Below, piece after piece: positions 28,952-38,364 of a stretch of DNA of 64,000 nt. Made by a program: the position numbers and the translations under genes. Within the stretch, counting starts at the first letter, position 1; each line of letters starts with the position of its first letter. Under the pieces are notes generated by a model, which was not told where the DNA came from, did not search any database, and saw nothing but the letters and a program-made list of their open reading frames with translations. Source of the stretch: a virus (lineage: Duplodnaviria > Caudoviricetes); IMG/VR virus record IMGVR_UViG_3300011559_000001, positions 246,883 through 310,882 of that record; one strand, written 5' to 3'.

Positions 28952-28952
28952 C

Positions 28953-30386
28953 ATGAAGCGCCTGGGCTTTGCAATCATGGCAGCGCACAACAACGCTGCA
29001 ACGCGCGTCAGTTTCGAATCCCATGTGGATGAACTGAACGACCTGAACGTGTCGCTGGAAGCACAGCTGCAGGAGATCGATGATCTCACTCAGCTGGCCT
29101 CGGGCTTGGAAGGTGTGGTGACCTCGTTTGAGTCCATCGACCGTCCGACCTACCAGCACCACCTCAATGCACGCTCGCAGGCCCTGTCCCTGCTGCGTAT
29201 GTCCGGCCTGTCGGCCAGTGAAAGCCGTCAGCTGGTTCCGTCGATGGAAGCCGGCGAAGCGTCCTCGGGCTGGCAGAAGTTCAAGGCCTTCCTGCTGAAG
29301 CTGTGGGAGATGGTCAAGGTTGCTGCCAAGAAGGTCTACGCCTTCATCGACAACATCCTCAAGTCCTCCACCGTGGCTGAGAAGGCTGCCATCCTCAAGC
29401 TGCGCGTCCTGCGTCAGAAGCTGGCGGCACGTTCGGGCAGTATGTCCGTCAAGGCCACCGTCCCGCTGCGTTCGGCCCACGGCTATATCGTCGGCAGTAC
29501 TTTCAAGGGCCAGGATCTGACGCTGATGATCCCCCAGAGTGTCGAGGACGTCAACGCCACTGTTGCTGAATGGAAGAAGGGACGGAGCATCATCCAGACC
29601 AAGCTGCCGGCCACCCTCAAGCAGGTGAGCAAGGATCTGAAGGCTGCCATCGATGGACTGGCCCTGACCGGTACGGACGAAGAAGTCAGCACCTCGATCA
29701 TCAACAGTCGCGATGTCATCCACGATGCCATCGACCCGATGTTCGGCGGCTACCTGAAGACCCATCTGGGTCTGGGTGTTCCGGGTGCGTTTGACATGTA
29801 CCCGCTGGTCTACGATCGTGTCCTGAAATTCCATGGCGTCAGTGATGCCTCGGAAGGTCGCGAGTACGACAACCTCAGCGCCGCTGACCGCGAAGCCCTG
29901 CTCTCCGAGTATGGCGTGTCGGTGGAGCAGATTGACCTGGAAGACATCGCCAAAGAAGGCGTGTCCATCAGCGCCGCCTCCACCCGCGACATCGACAGCC
30001 TGCTCAAGTCGGCACAGCTGTTGCTGGATGAAGGCTACTCCTCCGACCAGAGCCGGTCCTGGAATTCCCTCAAGCGCAACCTGGACTTCTACGGCGCTGC
30101 CGTGGAAGGCGTACTGAAGGCTGTGCTCAAGCGCGAGAACCTGGACCAAGATGCCCGCAACCTGATCACCTTCGCACTGCATGCCCGTCGTGCCTTGCTG
30201 AAGTGGGCCTCTGCTCCGTACGCCCAGATCAACACCCTCAATGTTCGCGTGGTCGAATCCCTGCTGGCGCTGTGCTCTGACTTCATCACCAACTTGGACG
30301 AATCCGAGGTGGAGAAGCGTGAGCGCGACGTGGCTGAGAAGAAGACCAAGAAGGACGACAAGGACAAGTCCGGTAAGGACAAGTAA
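28953..30386 (+). CDS. internal head protein paralog
   Basis: SFE/SLE/PSME sites followed by WQKFKAFLLKLWE helix. Confidence 0.65.
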   Translation: MKRLGFAIMAAHNNAATRVSFESHVDELNDLNVSLEAQLQEIDDLTQLASGLEGVVTSFESIDRPTYQHHLNARSQALSLLRMSGLSASESRQLVPSMEAGEASSGWQKFKAFLLKLWEMVKVAAKKVYAFIDNILKSSTVAEKAAILKLRVLRQKLAARSGSMSVKATVPLRSAHGYIVGSTFKGQDLTLMIPQSVEDVNATVAEWKKGRSIIQTKLPATLKQVSKDLKAAIDGLALTGTDEEVSTSIINSRDVIHDAIDPMFGGYLKTHLGLGVPGAFDMYPLVYDRVLKFHGVSDASEGREYDNLSAADREALLSEYGVSVEQIDLEDIAKEGVSISAASTRDIDSLLKSAQLLLDEGYSSDQSRSWNSLKRNLDFYGAAVEGVLKAVLKRENLDQDARNLITFALHARRALLKWASAPYAQINTLNVRVVESLLALCSDFITNLDESEVEKRERDVAEKKTKKDDKDKSGKDK

Positions 30387-30485
30387 GACGGCGGCACTCC
30401 GGGGCGAAAGCTCCGGAGTGCCATCTTATGGCGTTTGCACAACAGGCCTGTGTGCTAGCCTTCCCTTTAAACATGGAATACGCGT

Positions 30486-32633
30486 ATGTCCAACATTGCC
30501 AATGCTCTGCGTCGACTTGCCTCTGGACGGCATGTCAGCCTGGAGAATGATGTCGATCCGGCCGTCCAGGGCCAGGAAGACAACCTCGATGAAAACGAAC
30601 TGAAGGGCGTGGCCGAGAAGGCCGCCGCTTCGGTGGATGGTGAAGAAGGTGCTGATGCCGGCGCTACCGGCGATACTGCCGGTGCCGATGACATCGGTGG
30701 TGACGTGCCGGGCGGCGAAGACGCCGCTGCTGGTGACGGTACCGATGCTCCTGCTGACGCCGGCGTCGACGCAGGTGCTGCTCCCGATGCCGTCGCTGCA
30801 CCGCCGGCTGATGCCGCCCCGCCCGAACCGGGCGCTGACGAAATCCAGACCCCGGCCGAAGCCGAGTTCGAGGAAACCACCGGTGAGCAGACCGACACCG
30901 ATCCGACCGATCCCAATGCCGACCCGCTCGACCCCGCCGGCGAAATCCCCGGCGGCGAAGACACTGGCGATGCTGGCCAGTCCACCGAAACCGCTGAAGC
31001 CGGCGAAGCTGCCGCTGCTGACGCAGGTGCTGACATCGGCGGTGAGATCCCCGGCGGTGAAGTGCCGGGCGCCGACGCTGCGGTGACCGATGCCCCGGCC
31101 GCTGCTGCTCCGACTCCCGAAGCTGCCGCTACTCCGGAAGCCGCCGCCCCGACCGACGTGGTTCCCCCGCCGGAAGGCAGTGCCGCTGCTGCTGATGCTC
31201 AGCCGGCCGAAGCGCCGGCCGCGACCCCCGAGTCGATCGAGAAGTCCGACGCGGTGCGCGAAGTGGTCGAGCTGACCGAAGCTGCTGCCAGTGCTGCCTC
31301 GGCTGAAGAAGTCCTTCAGCAGGCCCGTGGTGTGCAGGACGGTCTGACCGAACTGGCTGACACTGCCGATGCCATCAACGAATCCGGCGGCGTGGACATG
31401 CAGTCCTTCGCCGTGCTGACCCTGGCGGCCAAGGCCTTCACCAGCCAGCTGGATCGCCCCGAGCTGAAGTTCGGCGTGACCATGGAACAGCTGGCCGGTG
31501 GCAAGCGTGCCAAGGTGTCGCTGGAAGCCATCGAAGAGCTGGTCGGTGAAATGCAGCTGATCGATCCGGACCTGGAGCGTGAAGCCCTGAACGAGCTGGA
31601 CCGCATGGTCTGCGCGATCAAGGACTCCCTGCCGGCTGCGCGCGATCGCGTGCGTGCCGTGGTGGCTCGCTCCAAGGCCAAGACTGCCGAGAACACCGGA
31701 CAGATCGACCTGGATCCGAACCTGGCTGCGGCCCTGACCATCGACGGCCAGATGCCCGAAGACCTCTCCGACGGCCTGTTCAACTACATCGAACTGGGCA
31801 AGTCGCTGATCAACAGCTACAGCCCGGCTGCCTTCCGTGCCGCCACCGAAGCGTCCCTGCTGACCAACTCCGTCGAGTTCAACTCGGTGGAAGGTTTCTG
31901 GGAGAAGGTCGGTCAGCGCGTGGACGCCGTCAAGGATCCGCGTCACCTGATCCCGGCCTCGCTCCTGCAGACCTGTCTGCCGGGCGGTTCGGCCCTGTTC
32001 AGCGAAATGGCCGGTGGTGCCGAAGCTTCCAACCCGGTGGCCACCAAGCTGTACGAGTACGCCGACGGCCTGGTGCCGCTGGAAGCTACCGTGGCCGTGC
32101 GTGCGCAGGAAGGTGCTGGTGCTTCGTCCTACGCAGCGCTGGGCAACTCCAAGATCACCTCGATCGGTACGGGCTTCCTGGACGTACTGGACATGGAGAA
32201 GATCAACGACCTGCTCGAGCAGGGCTCCAAGTTGTGGCCGGACGCCAAGGGCGCTATCCGTCACCTGCGTGAAGTCCTGGACGGCGCGCCGGAAGAGATC
32301 ACCAGCGTGGCTGGTGGTGAGTTCCCGCAGCTGGTGAAGTACATGGAAGTCAACTACTCGTTGGCGACCTGGCCGCTGTTGGTCTACCTGACCAACATGG
32401 TCTTCACTGCCAACGCGTTCGTGCTGCTGTCCGAGCTGTCCCTGAAGGCCGTGGAGACCACTCCGGAGCCGGTGGCTGCTGTGGAACCGACCGTGGATGC
32501 TGCCGTGGCTGAACCGACCCCGGTGGAAGGTACCGATCCGCTGGAGACCGAACTGCCGCCGGAACCGGTGACCACCGATGAACCGGCTGCTGATGCGGCT
32601 GTGGTCGACGACGCCGAACTGCCTCCGGCCTAA
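30486..32633 (+). CDS. internal head protein with long acidic Ala/Pro-rich N-terminus (phiKZ gp97-like)
   Basis: VSLE sites, low-complexity propeptide, CLPGGSALF. Confidence 0.65.
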   Translation: MSNIANALRRLASGRHVSLENDVDPAVQGQEDNLDENELKGVAEKAAASVDGEEGADAGATGDTAGADDIGGDVPGGEDAAAGDGTDAPADAGVDAGAAPDAVAAPPADAAPPEPGADEIQTPAEAEFEETTGEQTDTDPTDPNADPLDPAGEIPGGEDTGDAGQSTETAEAGEAAAADAGADIGGEIPGGEVPGADAAVTDAPAAAAPTPEAAATPEAAAPTDVVPPPEGSAAAADAQPAEAPAATPESIEKSDAVREVVELTEAAASAASAEEVLQQARGVQDGLTELADTADAINESGGVDMQSFAVLTLAAKAFTSQLDRPELKFGVTMEQLAGGKRAKVSLEAIEELVGEMQLIDPDLEREALNELDRMVCAIKDSLPAARDRVRAVVARSKAKTAENTGQIDLDPNLAAALTIDGQMPEDLSDGLFNYIELGKSLINSYSPAAFRAATEASLLTNSVEFNSVEGFWEKVGQRVDAVKDPRHLIPASLLQTCLPGGSALFSEMAGGAEASNPVATKLYEYADGLVPLEATVAVRAQEGAGASSYAALGNSKITSIGTGFLDVLDMEKINDLLEQGSKLWPDAKGAIRHLREVLDGAPEEITSVAGGEFPQLVKYMEVNYSLATWPLLVYLTNMVFTANAFVLLSELSLKAVETTPEPVAAVEPTVDAAVAEPTPVEGTDPLETELPPEPVTTDEPAADAAVVDDAELPPA

Positions 32634-32642
32634 GGACTGACC

Positions 32643-33008
32643 GTGCTCACTAGCGAAATGCTGCTGACTGCAGCCGCACGAGCACAGGCAGAAGTGGGCG
32701 ATGCGGTGAAGGAACAAACCTTGGAAGAGGGGCGGGACATCACCGTGGGACTGAGTGAGCTTGTCAATGAGCTCAACACTCAGAATGCCAACGGGGGCGT
32801 GGGAGTTGATTCCCTCGCCCTTGCCCATGTGGCCCTTGAGGCCATTGGGCGGCGTTCGGGTGTTCCGGTGGGTCTGACCATTGTCTCGCTGGAAGAAATC
32901 AGTGAAGACAAGAAGCATCAGATCGATACGGTTACCTTGGAGGCCCTGGTGGACTCCTGGGAATGGACCAATCGTCAGCTGGCCCGTGGCACCCAATCAC
33001 TGGTATAA
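32643..33008 (+). CDS. small head protein
   Basis: AAGGA RBS; TLE/VSLE sites. Confidence 0.5.
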   Translation: MLTSEMLLTAAARAQAEVGDAVKEQTLEEGRDITVGLSELVNELNTQNANGGVGVDSLALAHVALEAIGRRSGVPVGLTIVSLEEISEDKKHQIDTVTLEALVDSWEWTNRQLARGTQSLV

Positions 33009-33011
33009 GTC

Positions 33012-33044
33012 GCTAGAGGCCCTTTCGGGGGCCTCTAGCTATGC
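33012..33044 (+). terminator. hairpin terminator
   Basis: GCTAGAGGCCC-TTTCGG-GGGCCTCTAGC followed by TATGC. Confidence 0.75.
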
Positions 33045-33167
33045 CGCCTAATTGTGAAGAGAGCGTCAAGTTTCAATAAAACTCTACTCAGTAGCTTCAC
33101 ACCTGTGGAGAAGATAACTCGAGGTGTCTTCTTCAAACCCGTCTCACCCTCGAAAGGAGCATACACA

Positions 33168-33563
33168 ATGCGACTTATCGACCAGCGGCCCAATAGCCGT
33201 CAGCCCTCCTTTCCGCTGACTGTTATGGCCTTGGGAGACCAGCAACACGGGGAAGCGTGTCACTATTACAGGACCGTTCTGAACCATGACGATCACGTGG
33301 ACCTTGGCGGGCCCGAGATCGTGTTCAGCAGCGGTGAGAGTCAGGAGCTGGACGGGATCACACCCGACTGTCTTCTGGCAATCTGCGAGGACCGCGCGAA
33401 GAGCCAAGTGCATGAGCATCCGAGCATGCATCTGGTAGTTTTGCAGTTACAAGCGGCTCGCAGGGCGCTTGCAGCTGATGAATCGAGTGGGGCTTTCCAT
33501 CCCACTCAGTCAGGGGGCGATTCAAGCCGAGCTAGCGACGCGCACGCAAACGCACGCCAGTAA
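33168..33563 (+). CDS. divergent Tad1-like (anti-Thoeris sponge fold) protein
   Basis: GEACHYY, IVFSSG..DGIT.DCLLAICEDR match the Tad1 pattern GGAxHxY..IxFQxG..GVxxExLLxIxxDR; AAGGAG RBS. Confidence 0.6.
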   Translation: MRLIDQRPNSRQPSFPLTVMALGDQQHGEACHYYRTVLNHDDHVDLGGPEIVFSSGESQELDGITPDCLLAICEDRAKSQVHEHPSMHLVVLQLQAARRALAADESSGAFHPTQSGGDSSRASDAHANARQ

Positions 33564-33620
33564 GGTTGGGGAATACTCGGGGCATTAACCCACCCATGTA
33601 CTTACCAAAGGAAGACCACC

Positions 33621-34067
33621 ATGCGCCACCTTTCCAGCCACACTGCCCATGGCTCGAGCGCACTGCGTATCACTGCTGACGAAGCACCGTTCCGCGGCAT
33701 GCCGGCTCATCGTTACGACGTTGAGGGGTTTGACACCGCCAACAATCGGGCCGTACGCAGTGGCGGGTTCGTCCCGCGTTTCCGTCAGCTGTCGATCATC
33801 TTCGCGACCGAAGAATCGGCGGCCAATGACATTGGTCCGGACGGCGTTACCATGGAAGCCCTGCTGGCTATCCTCGGTGACCATCTCCAGGGCCTGCAGT
33901 CGGGTCCGACGGCATCCCAAGGCAAGCAGCTCGCCTTGGAATACATCGAGGCTGCTCGTGACATCCTCGCACAGGAGGCCGGAACCCAGCCGGCTTTCGG
34001 CGCTGGCTTTGGTGGTGCTTTCATGGCCCCCACCTTCGGCCGCACGGGTACCACCGGGTCGCTCTGA
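33621..34067 (+). CDS. Tad1-like sponge protein
   Basis: AHRYDVEGFDT, IIF, DGVTMEALLAILGDHLQGLQSGP, ALEYIEAA. Confidence 0.75.
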   Translation: MRHLSSHTAHGSSALRITADEAPFRGMPAHRYDVEGFDTANNRAVRSGGFVPRFRQLSIIFATEESAANDIGPDGVTMEALLAILGDHLQGLQSGPTASQGKQLALEYIEAARDILAQEAGTQPAFGAGFGGAFMAPTFGRTGTTGSL

Positions 34068-34127
34068 TCGAGCGGCACATCTCCCCTGCCCCGACAACGG
34101 GCAGGGGTTTTATGCCGTCGACTGGAT

Positions 34128-34162
34128 TCAACAGTTTTTGAGATACATACCACGGTTGCGAT
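34128..34162 (+). promoter_or_regulatory. putative phage early promoter
   Basis: TCAACAGTTTTTGAGATACATACCACGGTTGCGAT motif copy. Confidence 0.65.
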
Positions 34163-34208
34163 GCGAAAGAGAAATCAATCGCACCCCTTTCCTAACTGGA
34201 GATCTGCC

Positions 34209-34343
34209 GTGAAGAACGATACCAAGCTGGTTCTGGGTTTTGGCACCACCACCGTTGTGGTGCTCACCGCCGTCTATGCACTGGTCAAGCTTTCCCGCAT
34301 TGCCAGTGCTGTGGATGAACTGGTGAGTTTGGCCAGACAGTAA
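34209..34343 (+). CDS. 44-aa membrane peptide
   Basis: GGAG RBS, GTG start, single hydrophobic helix. Confidence 0.55.
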   Translation: MKNDTKLVLGFGTTTVVVLTAVYALVKLSRIASAVDELVSLARQ

Positions 34344-34354
34344 AAGAAGTGGAT

Positions 34355-34389
34355 TCAAAGGATTTTCAGAACTATACCACTACGGTGAG
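34355..34389 (+). promoter_or_regulatory. putative phage early promoter
   Basis: TCAAAGGATTTTCAGAACTATACCACTACGGTGAG motif copy. Confidence 0.7.
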
Positions 34390-34466
34390 TTAGCCTGAGT
34401 ATCTAAAACTAGCTCGTATAACTAGAAACATAATCCTACCTATCTCTCAGAACAAGGACTACCGCA

Positions 34467-34625
34467 ATGAAGAACTTCTTCAAGAACATCACCATCATCG
34501 AACTGGGCCTGGGCGCTCTGGCCGTGGTCGGTGCCGTGGCCATCACCCGTGCCATCGTCAACACCGTCACCAACGGCGAAGCCGCTGCTCTGATCGACGC
34601 CGCCGCCGAGTCGGTCGGCGCCTAA
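34467..34625 (+). CDS. 52-aa membrane peptide (not in the ORF track)
   Basis: AAGGA RBS; MKNFFKNITIIELGLGALAVVGAVAITRAIV...; strongly biased codons; followed by a hairpin. Confidence 0.7.
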   Translation: MKNFFKNITIIELGLGALAVVGAVAITRAIVNTVTNGEAAALIDAAAESVGA

Positions 34626-34726
34626 GCTCCAACGGCCCCACCCTTCGGGGTGGGGCTTTGTGCTGTACAAACCCCCATCGCATCGAGTGCGCATTTTGCG
34701 CCTTTCACTTCCCAAGGAAAATTCCC

Positions 34727-35533
34727 ATGAACACCAAGTCCATCATTGCAACCACCGCTCTGCTGACCGCCATCATCAACGTGGCCGAGCAGGGTTCTGT
34801 CATCACTGTCGAAGAAGCCGGCGCAGCGGACATCAACCTGGTGTTCGTGCATCCCAAGTACGGTACCCAGAAGCTGCTGGCGGTGAACATCACCGACAAC
34901 CTGTACTCGGTGTCCTTCGTCGGCCACCAGGAACTGCTGAAGAAGCTGGACACCGACGGCTGGCTGGCCTCGGCTGAAACCGTGTCGGCCTTCCTGCTGG
35001 AAGCCGGCGTGGACTTCACCGAAGAGCTGTCCAAGATCAAGCAGCTGCCGCTGGGCCCGAACTTCAGCCTGCTGGTGCTGGGCGAAGAGTCCGTCGAGCT
35101 GGCTGCCGCCCAGGCCGTGCTGGAAGCGCTGGATGCGGATCCGTCCGTTTCCGACGTGGTCGATTCGATCGTCCAGGATGCCGTCACCGGTGCCCAGGAT
35201 GTGATCGAAGAGATCCCGACCCTGTCCGCTGCTGTCGGCGCACCGCTGGATGCGGCGCTGGAAAACCTGGCCCACGATGCGGCCACGGCCGCTACCGAAT
35301 CGGTCGAGCACCTGCTGCGTCGTGACGACGAAAGCGAGACCGAGTACAACACCCGCCTGCTGCGTGAGCGCGCTGCCCGTTCGGCCCACAACGCCGCCGA
35401 GAAGGTCGTGCGCTTCTTCAACCATCGTGCCACCCGCGTCGTCGCCGGCGCTCTGGTGGTCGGCGGCGTGATTGCCCTGGGCGTTGCCATCCGCAACCGC
35501 CTGAGCATGGCCGAAGAAGTGATCGAGCTGTAA
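34727..35533 (+). CDS. acidic protein with C-terminal membrane anchor
   Basis: AAGGA RBS; VVAGALVVGGVIALGVAI helix. Confidence 0.7.
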   Translation: MNTKSIIATTALLTAIINVAEQGSVITVEEAGAADINLVFVHPKYGTQKLLAVNITDNLYSVSFVGHQELLKKLDTDGWLASAETVSAFLLEAGVDFTEELSKIKQLPLGPNFSLLVLGEESVELAAAQAVLEALDADPSVSDVVDSIVQDAVTGAQDVIEEIPTLSAAVGAPLDAALENLAHDAATAATESVEHLLRRDDESETEYNTRLLRERAARSAHNAAEKVVRFFNHRATRVVAGALVVGGVIALGVAIRNRLSMAEEVIEL

Positions 35534-35588
35534 CCCCATCGCCCCGGACGTGTGTCCGGGGCTCACCCCTCAGATTCAGGAGAGTCCC

Positions 35589-35714
35589 ATGTCCCAGATG
35601 TCCAAAGAAGAACGCAAGTCGGCCATGATCGCTGGCTTGAAGGAAGGTTTGATCTGGGGCGCATGGGGCGCTCTGGGTATCGCCATCGGTTGCGTCATCG
35701 CCTCCAAGCGTTGA
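35589..35714 (+). CDS. 41-aa membrane peptide (not in the ORF track)
   Basis: AGGAG RBS; GLIWGAWGALGIAIGCVIA glycine-rich helix. Confidence 0.6.
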   Translation: MSQMSKEERKSAMIAGLKEGLIWGAWGALGIAIGCVIASKR

Positions 35715-35715
35715 T

Positions 35716-35750
35716 TCAACCGATTTTCAGATACATACCACCACTGCGAA
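35716..35750 (+). promoter_or_regulatory. putative phage early promoter
   Basis: TCAACCGATTTTCAGATACATACCACCACTGCGAA motif copy. Confidence 0.7.
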
Positions 35751-35785
35751 CAGGACTGATTCCCAGTCCTGACAGGAGCAATGTC

Positions 35786-35899
35786 ATGTCGTACGGTTCC
35801 ATCTTCAAGGAAACCCTCCGTGTCGTCCTGTGCTGCGCTGTGATCGAGACCGGTCGCCGCTGCATCATCAGGGTCACCGAGTCGGCCCTGGGCGTCTAA
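35786..35899 (+). CDS. 37-aa peptide
   Basis: AGGAG RBS; MSYGSIFKETLRVV... Confidence 0.5.
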   Translation: MSYGSIFKETLRVVLCCAVIETGRRCIIRVTESALGV

Positions 35900-35940
35900 G
35901 GACGCCCCGCAACACCTCCCTCCATTCCCAGGTAATCACC

Positions 35941-36075
35941 ATGAACGTCTTCAAGAAAGTGCTTCCGCAGTCCTCGCTGGGTTCGCTGTATGTCGGCGTC
36001 GTTGCCGTCTGCGCTCTCCTGAGCGTGGGCGCTGCGGTGACCGACGCGGTGCTCACCCGCGTTCTCGACGCCTGA
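35941..36075 (+). CDS. 44-aa membrane peptide
   Basis: ATG 35941; hydrophobic helix. Confidence 0.5.
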   Translation: MNVFKKVLPQSSLGSLYVGVVAVCALLSVGAAVTDAVLTRVLDA

Positions 36076-36230
36076 GCGTGACCATGGCCCTCCGTAGGGG
36101 AGAGTCTTCTCCTCGGTATGGTAGCCAGGAGAAGCCCGCTCATTCCATCTACCACGATTCATTCAGCCAGCGACCCATCGAATCCTTCGGCGGGTCCAAC
36201 ATCTATCCCAACAAAAGGCACAACGATACC

Positions 36231-36587
36231 ATGAACACCAATCCGAACAACGCCAATACCAACACCACCGCTGACGCCGCTGCCCTGAACGACGAAGCCG
36301 CGCGCACCGCCGCCCTGGCCAACCAGATGGGCAACAACGTGAACGCCCTGCGTGAAGAAAACGACCGCGCCGCGGTTGCCCCGACCGGCGCCGTCTCCAA
36401 GGCCATGGGTGGCAAGTTCGCCCGCACCACCAAGCGCGTGCTGGGCTGGACCCTGGGCGTGGGTGTGGTCGGCCTGATCGGCGCCTACGCCTACAGCCGC
36501 CTGCGTGCGGCCGGCGTGAACGTGCCGACCGGCCAGGACGTGGGTGACGCCGTCGCCACTGCCGTGGACGCTGCCACTGCCGGCTAA
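36231..36587 (+). CDS. small membrane protein
   Basis: MNTNPNNANT...; VLGWTLGVGVVGLIGAYAY helix; followed by a hairpin at 36601-36630. Confidence 0.65.
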   Translation: MNTNPNNANTNTTADAAALNDEAARTAALANQMGNNVNALREENDRAAVAPTGAVSKAMGGKFARTTKRVLGWTLGVGVVGLIGAYAYSRLRAAGVNVPTGQDVGDAVATAVDAATAG

Positions 36588-36702
36588 GTAAGCCTGCGGT
36601 CATAAGCCCCTGCCCTTCGGGGCAGGGGCTGCTGGTGGTTTCTTTTTTTGTTTCCGGTGGCCGATCTTATGACTGATCTTCAACCCACCCTTAGGAGCGA
36701 CT

Positions 36703-38364
36703 ATGCCTCGGATCGTCGCAGCACTGCCACAGACTTACGAGAACATCATTCGCCCGGTGGCAATCGATGTCGGACGTCAAGTGGCCAAGATGCTCAACCT
36801 GCCGGAAGACATCAACGTACTGATTCCCGGACAGGCCAAGATGGCGCTGTTCCCGAATACGGCGTTGGGCTCAGAAGGCACGGCCAACCCGGCCACGTTC
36901 GGTAACAACGAACGCCTCTTGATGGAAGTGGTGGAAAACCCGATTGAGGATCGCATCCTCACCACGGCTGTCCATCAGCAAGAGAACCTGCCGTTCTTCT
37001 TGGATTCCAAACTCGGCGTGCGCATGTACCCGGTGTACTCCGGTACGGAGCTGAGTTTCAATTTCACCTACCGTGCAGAGAACCGCACGGCCGCACGTCG
37101 TTTCCGCAACAGTTTGCTCAGCCACACCGCTGCCATGCGTCAGGAGATTCTGCACGATGTGCAGTACTACTACCATGTGCCGTATGTGTTCTTGCATCTG
37201 CTCAAGCACATGCACGAGCTGCGTGAGCGCACGGTCGGCTATGGCGACAGTTTCGACAAGTGGGTCACTGACCATATCGTCGATCGCGCCACTACGATCA
37301 CCGACCAGATCGGTGAGAACCAAGCACTGGCCATCGCCGAGTACCAGACCCATGGCATGGGCGTGTTCCAGTTCATCGGTACTGCTGAGCCGGAAGAGAA
37401 GGACAAAGAATCTGGCACGTACAACGTGATGTTCCAGTACCGCTTTACCTTTGACCAAGTCATCGAAGCGATGGCGGAGTATCCGTTGTTGGTGCACCAG
37501 TCACTGGTGGATCATCAGTGGCGCTCCCAGCCGTGGGCTTCGGGTGAACTGACCGACCCCAATCGCCGGCGCCGTGCGCCGAGTCTGTCGCGGCATGCGT
37601 TTGATCACTTCGTCAACGTCTACACCAACCCCTGTAAGGAGTTGTTGATGGACGGCCATGTGATCCCCAACTATGACGAATGGCGTCCCGGGTTTGTGAT
37701 GCCCAACACCAGTACGCTCTTTGTGGCGATGCTGGGCTTGGATCCCACCGCTCCCAACACGCTGTTTGAATTGATGGGTGATCTGGACGGCTACCAACTC
37801 CATCCGGAATTGGAAGAGTTCATTCGTGGCGAAGCGCCGTACATGGGCATCAAGGGCGGCTCGATCTTCGATCTGCGCTTGTATGAAGGCGACTACCCGA
37901 TGGACGATGGTCTGTTGTCGGTCACCCGGCCTGAGCTGATTGTGATCTCCAATGCCGTGATGGATCTGCGTAAGGTCTACCATGTGCGACTGGGTCTGGT
38001 CAATGATCTGTTCACCCTCAACACGGCTGCGTGGGAACGCCTGCGCCGTGGCGGTCAAGCAGCCCTGAAGATCCTCAACTGCCTGCAATACAAGTTGCTG
38101 GGCAAAGCCTTCGAGCCCAAGTTGCTCGGTGGCCATCTGATTTCCAACGCAGATCTGCGCGGCATCGCCCAGCGCATCAACGATCTGAAGGTCCCCCATC
38201 GTGGCCCGTTGGAACATGTCATGCTTACCCTTAACGATGTTGTCATCGTGACTCACAGGAGTTCTGAAAATGTCGCTGATCAAAAGCGGACCGGCGGCAC
38301 CGAAGCCGGTGGATCCGATCCAAGTGAAGATTCATTCACCGAACCAGCAGACTGCGGTTGTTGA
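36703..38364 (+). CDS. virion structural protein (phiKZ gp98-like)
   Basis: AGGAG RBS; synteny and size. Confidence 0.6.
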   Translation: MPRIVAALPQTYENIIRPVAIDVGRQVAKMLNLPEDINVLIPGQAKMALFPNTALGSEGTANPATFGNNERLLMEVVENPIEDRILTTAVHQQENLPFFLDSKLGVRMYPVYSGTELSFNFTYRAENRTAARRFRNSLLSHTAAMRQEILHDVQYYYHVPYVFLHLLKHMHELRERTVGYGDSFDKWVTDHIVDRATTITDQIGENQALAIAEYQTHGMGVFQFIGTAEPEEKDKESGTYNVMFQYRFTFDQVIEAMAEYPLLVHQSLVDHQWRSQPWASGELTDPNRRRRAPSLSRHAFDHFVNVYTNPCKELLMDGHVIPNYDEWRPGFVMPNTSTLFVAMLGLDPTAPNTLFELMGDLDGYQLHPELEEFIRGEAPYMGIKGGSIFDLRLYEGDYPMDDGLLSVTRPELIVISNAVMDLRKVYHVRLGLVNDLFTLNTAAWERLRRGGQAALKILNCLQYKLLGKAFEPKLLGGHLISNADLRGIAQRINDLKVPHRGPLEHVMLTLNDVVIVTHRSSENVADQKRTGGTEAGGSDPSEDSFTEPADCGC

